Source: Balanoglossus misakiensis (Eukaryota; Animalia; Hemichordata). Taken from it: a stretch of 64,000 nucleotides of DNA. A model generated the notes under the pieces. It saw only the letters and a list, made by a program, of their open reading frames with translations, was not told the origin of the DNA and ran no database searches. This document shows, one piece after another, positions 59,201 through 64,000 of this stretch. A program made the translations under genes and the position numbers. Within the stretch, counting starts at the first letter, position 1. Every line of letters starts with the position of its first letter. The stretch is taken from the NCBI GenBank assembly GCA_040954595.2, contig CM082590.2, positions 7,874,001-7,938,000 on the forward strand, in the 5' to 3' direction.

Positions 59201-60887
59201 GTCCTGTTAGACTTGTACCATCGGAAACGTTTGACAGTTTCACATGCTATCTCCCCCGCGTACCTGTATAATGGTTGCATCCTCGCCTGTGATAACTTCC
59301 TCTGGACGTTCTCGCGAGTAACATCATAAAATTAATTCTAACAGTTTGAAGGATTCTATATGAATAGTTCAGCCTAGTACAAAAAACCACATGTACATTT
59401 GTATATCATTGGTACCGTATATTTGTGTAGACATTTAAATCTTTTTTGCATGCTTATTTTTCTACTGTTTTAAAATAAGTTCTGTAGCTGTGCATTCTGT
59501 CATAGTGGAGTATGCTATGTGGAGAAACATGTGAAACTATTCTTGTCAGAAGAAAACTGGAGTAATCGCGATTTGAGAGAAAATTGATTTCAAATGTAGT
59601 CTGCAACTCTGCATGATTTGCGAAACTTTAATATTTACAGTGTCCAGTACAGGTTAGAGCAAATTCATTTTCAGATCCTCCATTAGACTGTAGGGGTGGT
59701 AGCTCAAGATCACTAGCCTGGCGTCTGATTTTCAACTAGCCCACCAGTTCAGTGTGTTAACCCTTTCACCACCATGGTTCAGTCCAAACCTATTGTTTTC
59801 TATGGTAAGGGTGGACCTCTCAAGAGGGAACTGGGGGTATTATGTTGAGGAAAAAAGGATATATTAGTTCAGATCACACGAAGTGGGGTACCCCGCCCCC
59901 TCCACCACCATTTGGTTTAATCCTACCATGCACAGAGAAGTGACTGTGGATTATCCCATTGATGTAGAATGGGGGTGGAAGGGGAGAACTATACCCACCC
60001 AAAGTGGTACACGAGTGTTGTGTAGACTATGGTGTCTCATCCAACTGTGAGGGACATTCCATTCTTGTCTACAGGGGTGTTAGTTTTTTTTAAAGGGTTT
60101 CTGATATCTGAAGCTTTTCATTTAAAAAAAAATTCGTCCAAGTCTTTGATCACAAAAAAACATGTAAGCTGTACTTATAGGTGGACACAGTGTACTACAT
60201 GTCTGTGAATAAAACACTGCTTTTAATAATGGTATTATTGTTGTCTTTGTGTTGTTATGCAAATTGTGCCAGAGACAATAGAAAATGACAAAAGCTTTCA
60301 ATTGTTTGATATACTATTGTTAATTTTGAACCTAATTTGTGAATTCTGTCTGAACAGGACGGAAATATGCAAAAGCATGCAGAAAAAATGGAGTTGTAAA
60401 ACATATGACTACATGCTGGTTGCATGAAAAGCCTTTGTAACAATGATCTTATATAATGATGAGACTGATTTATAAACTTTGCAAGTTACAGCTTGACTAT
60501 AGTCTGAAATTTATTTGGTCCAGCGTCCTGGTTGAACGTCCATTGCTATGAAAGGGAGCAGTGATTGGCTGGTTCGTGTCACATGGCCATGACTCACAGG
60601 AAGGAAAGTTTGTGAACACCAGTCCTTCAGTGCTCGGTCTTTGCCTGTTACTGATCGTCTCGAACGTTCAGTACAGATAACGGAACAACTCAATTTAAAG
60701 CTGTCACATTTATACAAGGAATTTGACAGGTATAGACTGGTGAGTATAAGTTTTTCATGTCCATTTTCCACACTTGAAAGATTATGAACTCAATTCACTA
60801 ATACTGTACAGTACATTGATCTATACATGGATATTTTCTTCATGCTTTTGCATAAACTATATGCATTGTCTGTTTCTTACAGTAATC

Positions 60888-62062
60888 ATGGAAAAGTACC
60901 GAATTATCCCAGACTTGCTTGATCGCGTTCCGGATCATGTAGTAGACGTTGAATTTCACGGAAAATACAAAGTGGATATGGGGAATGTTATCACTCCTAC
61001 ACAGGTGAATAGAACAAAAATTTACATTTTATTCCCAGAACAAAAATACTGAAAATAAAGCCAATAGTTACAGCTAGTGTCCCTTTAATTCCCTCGTGAA
61101 TATTTATACATTCTCTTGAAATTGATGTTATCGATTTGAAAAAAATAAATAATCTCTTTCTCGTAATCTTTCCAATAGGTTCACAACCAATCCCCTTCGA
61201 AGGTAAAATGGCCGACCAAACCTGATACACTGTATACATTACTGATGATTGACATTTATGACGACACTAAATATACACCGTACCAACATTGGCTTGTGGT
61301 GAATATTCCTGGCTGTGATATTAATAGAGGGGAAACCATAATGGATTTTCTTGGTATAGGACCGATGAAAGGACGTGGTATGTTTAAAGGGACAATGGCC
61401 TTCTCTTGTGATCATTTTCTTGTTAGTGTTGTTTGATACTAACAGTTGTCGAAACAATCTTACACACTGGTCAACTGTGAAGAAACTCCATTTTGCTTTT
61501 GGACAGACTGGATTAAACATTTGATGAGGGATTAAAAGGTACATACCTGTAAATCAACTCATCAACAGTAAATGGAAATACATGTAGCAATGTTTATGAC
61601 ACCAAATCCCTTTTTGAACTTATGGAACAATCTTCAAAATTCTTCTTAGGTTGATGAAATCATTCTTTCGTCAAATTTGAAATTCAAAATGGTTGCTAAT
61701 CTCTATGTTGTCTTTGCGGAGAAAATATAAAGTAGTCAATTTTTTGGAAATGAAACAGTGAGAAACTTCAAGAAACGTCTTCTTTTCTGAAAATGTGGCA
61801 CTTACTATTTTAATATAATTGTTTTAAATACTTGTCTCCCCCATTAGGTTTTCATCGTTATAACTTCTTGGTGTACGAGCAGACTGAAAGGATTGTATAC
61901 AATGGACCCCGTATTGCAAATACTTGCCCTGAAGGCAGAGAGGAGAGATCACAAGAGACTGCTGCTAAGTACAACCTCGGCGAACCTGTTGCAGCTAATT
62001 TTTTCCGGAGCGAATGGGATGAATTCTCTCCTGTTATTAGCAGACAGCTGGGTTATATTTAG
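60888..62062 (+). CDS. Phosphatidylethanolamine-binding protein (PEBP/RKIP/OV-16 family), atypical
   Basis: Exons 60888-61004 (IIPDLLD...MGNVITPTQ), 61179-61377 (LYTLLMID...HWLVVNIPG) and 61848-62062 (GFHRYNFLVYEQ...AAKYNLGEPVAANFF...WDE). A probable non-coding exon ends at a donor near 60739. Confidence 0.9.
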
Positions 62063-62567
62063 GGTCAAAAGTTTTAGGATCAAAAGTTTTGTCATCAGTC
62101 AAAGTACAATAAATCCTGTCTAAATTCCCATATAGCTGCCAAATTTCACATATTTTTTCCACAGTAAAATACTTCATATATATTCCCTATCCCCAGAGTT
62201 ATTTGAAAGTCTGTATACATATCTGTAAGCTAATTTAGATGGACTAATCTAACTTTGAAAAAATTTAATAAAAATTGTGAAATTAATTCCCAAAGTGGCA
62301 GTCCATGGGTGTTTAATTCTTATTGTACGTATACTTATATTGGTTTTAGCCAATGCAAAAAATTCAGTTGATTCACACACAAAAATCTTTAAAAAAAGTA
62401 AATAGTTTCAGCTGTTGGACTAGCAAGACTGTGAGATCGATGGATGGTCTTATACCCACAAATTGTGCGAAATTGTGAGAGCTTTTTATTCTTAAAGAAC
62501 TCTGATCTGATGATTACTCAGAGTAAAATAAACCCGAAAGTTCCAAAGTACATGTAATCCACAGTAT

Positions 62568-63120
62568 AGTACGTTGCAAGAAGGCGCTCGTCACAATTCG
62601 ACCACAGGCGAGGACTTCCGCAGCGGAGAAGCCGTAGACAAAGCTTTATGGCGATAATAATGAACTTGTCGACAAAAAAGGGGTACATGGTCTAAAATGA
62701 AGCTCAACTCGCTCCTTGCCAACATAAATTTCATGTTTTGTGGGCAGTTTCACTGGGAGAAAGCGAGAAATCGCTAATATCGTGATCGTACGTTGCAAGA
62801 GGGCGCTCGTCAGAATTTGCCAACAGGCGAGGACTTGCACAGCGGGTAAGCCATTTCCAAAGCTTTTTGGCGATAATAATGAGCTTGTCGAAAGAAAAGA
62901 GGGTATATTGTCGAAAATGGAACTTAACTCGATCCTGGCCAACATAAATTTCATGTTTTGTGGGCAGTTTCGCTAGGAAAGAGCGTAAATACTGGGCTCG
63001 CGTACGTTACAGCGTGAAACAAAGTAAGTTTGACTTCTGTCGCAAGAGGGCGCTCGTCAATATTTGACAACAGGCGATGTCAACTTGCACATCAGGGAAG
63101 CTTTTGGCAAGGGTTTACGA
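62568..63120. repeat. Degenerate tandem repeat of about 220-250 bp x 2.5
   Basis: gcaaga(a/g)ggcgctcgtca...acaggcga recurs at about 62576, 62795 and 63042; gccaacataaatttcatgttttgtgggcagtttc recurs at 62718 and 62938. Confidence 0.8.
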
Positions 63121-63132
63121 CGAAACAATATT

Positions 63133-63830
63133 GTTTTTTTTTCATGGGTTAAAGCTCATGAAAATTTTTCATGGGCTATAGCTCATGAAAATTTTCAAGA
63201 ATTGAAATTTTCGTTTTGGACATTTTTCATGGGTTATAGCCCATGAAAAAAAATCATGAGCTATAACCCATGAAAAAATTTTATGGGCTATAAACAATGA
63301 AAAATGTCCAAAATGAAAATTTCAATTCATGAAAATTTTCAAGAATTGAAATTTTCATTTTGGACATTTTTCATGGGTTATAGCCCATGAAAAAAAATCA
63401 TGAGCTATAACCCATGAAAAATTTTTATGGGCTATAAACCATGAAAAATGTCCAAAATGAAAATTTCAATTCATGAAAATTTTCAAGAATTGAAATTTTC
63501 GTTTTGGACATTTTTCATGGGTTATAGCCCATGAAAAAAAATCATGAGCTATAACTCATGAAAATTTTTCATGAGCCATAACCCATGAAAAATGTCCAAA
63601 ATGAAAATTTCAATTCTTGAAAATTTTCATGAGCTATAACCCATGAAAATTTTTCATGAGCCATAACCCATGAAAAATGTCCAAAATGAAAATTTCAATT
63701 CTTGAAAATTTTCATGAGCTATAACCCATGAAAATTTTTCATGAGCTTTTAATCATGAAAAATGTCCAAAATGAAAATTTCAATTCTTGAAAATTTTCAT
63801 GAGCTATAACCCATGAAAAATGGGCTATAA
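63133..63830. repeat. AT-rich palindromic satellite built from catgaaaattttcatg modules in both orientations
   Basis: Modules aaatgtccaaaatgaaaatttcaattc and their reverse complement gaattgaaattttc(g/a)ttttggacatttt alternate with ctataacccatgaaaa, giving nested hairpins. Confidence 0.9.
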
Positions 63831-64000
63831 GTCTAACCCAGCATCCAATCTTGAGAGCAGAAATGGTCCTATCGCCCTCTATAGTCAAAATTGTATATAT
63901 TCTCCGCCATCTTCTCCATTGTCATGAATATTTATAAGCTGGGCTAATGAATAATAAAAAGCCTGGCTGAGTTGGGGTATGACGTCACCAGGCTTATTAT

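Overview
AT-rich, intron-rich animal genomic DNA. The gene content and repeats suggest an invertebrate, plausibly a deuterostome, but the species cannot be determined from sequence alone. Seven spliced protein-coding genes can be reconstructed by hand: SH3BP5L-like (minus, runs off the left edge), a large ankyrin-Roc-COR-death-domain (kinase-less DAPK/ROCO-type) gene (plus), a DUF3504/Crypton tyrosine-recombinase-derived gene (minus), HSD11B1L-like (minus) head-to-head with MICOS13/QIL1 (plus), SECISBP2L/SBP2 (plus, about 11.4 kb first intron) and an atypical PEBP (plus). The ROCO gene is the most unusual feature. It carries an array of 19 tandem intron+exon cassettes, each a phase-0 exon encoding one ankyrin repeat, mosaic and variable mainly at predicted binding-surface positions. 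Its death domain is split by nine 42-aa repeats with degron-like and caspase-site-like motifs, a 46-bp tandem repeat spans its stop codon, and two of its exons are partially duplicated. Together these resemble a diversifying innate-immune sensor, which is inference. Several MITE families and minisatellites are also present. Exon coordinates were read manually from GT/GC-AG boundaries and frame continuity and need RNA-seq confirmation. Family assignments come from motif recognition, not database searches.
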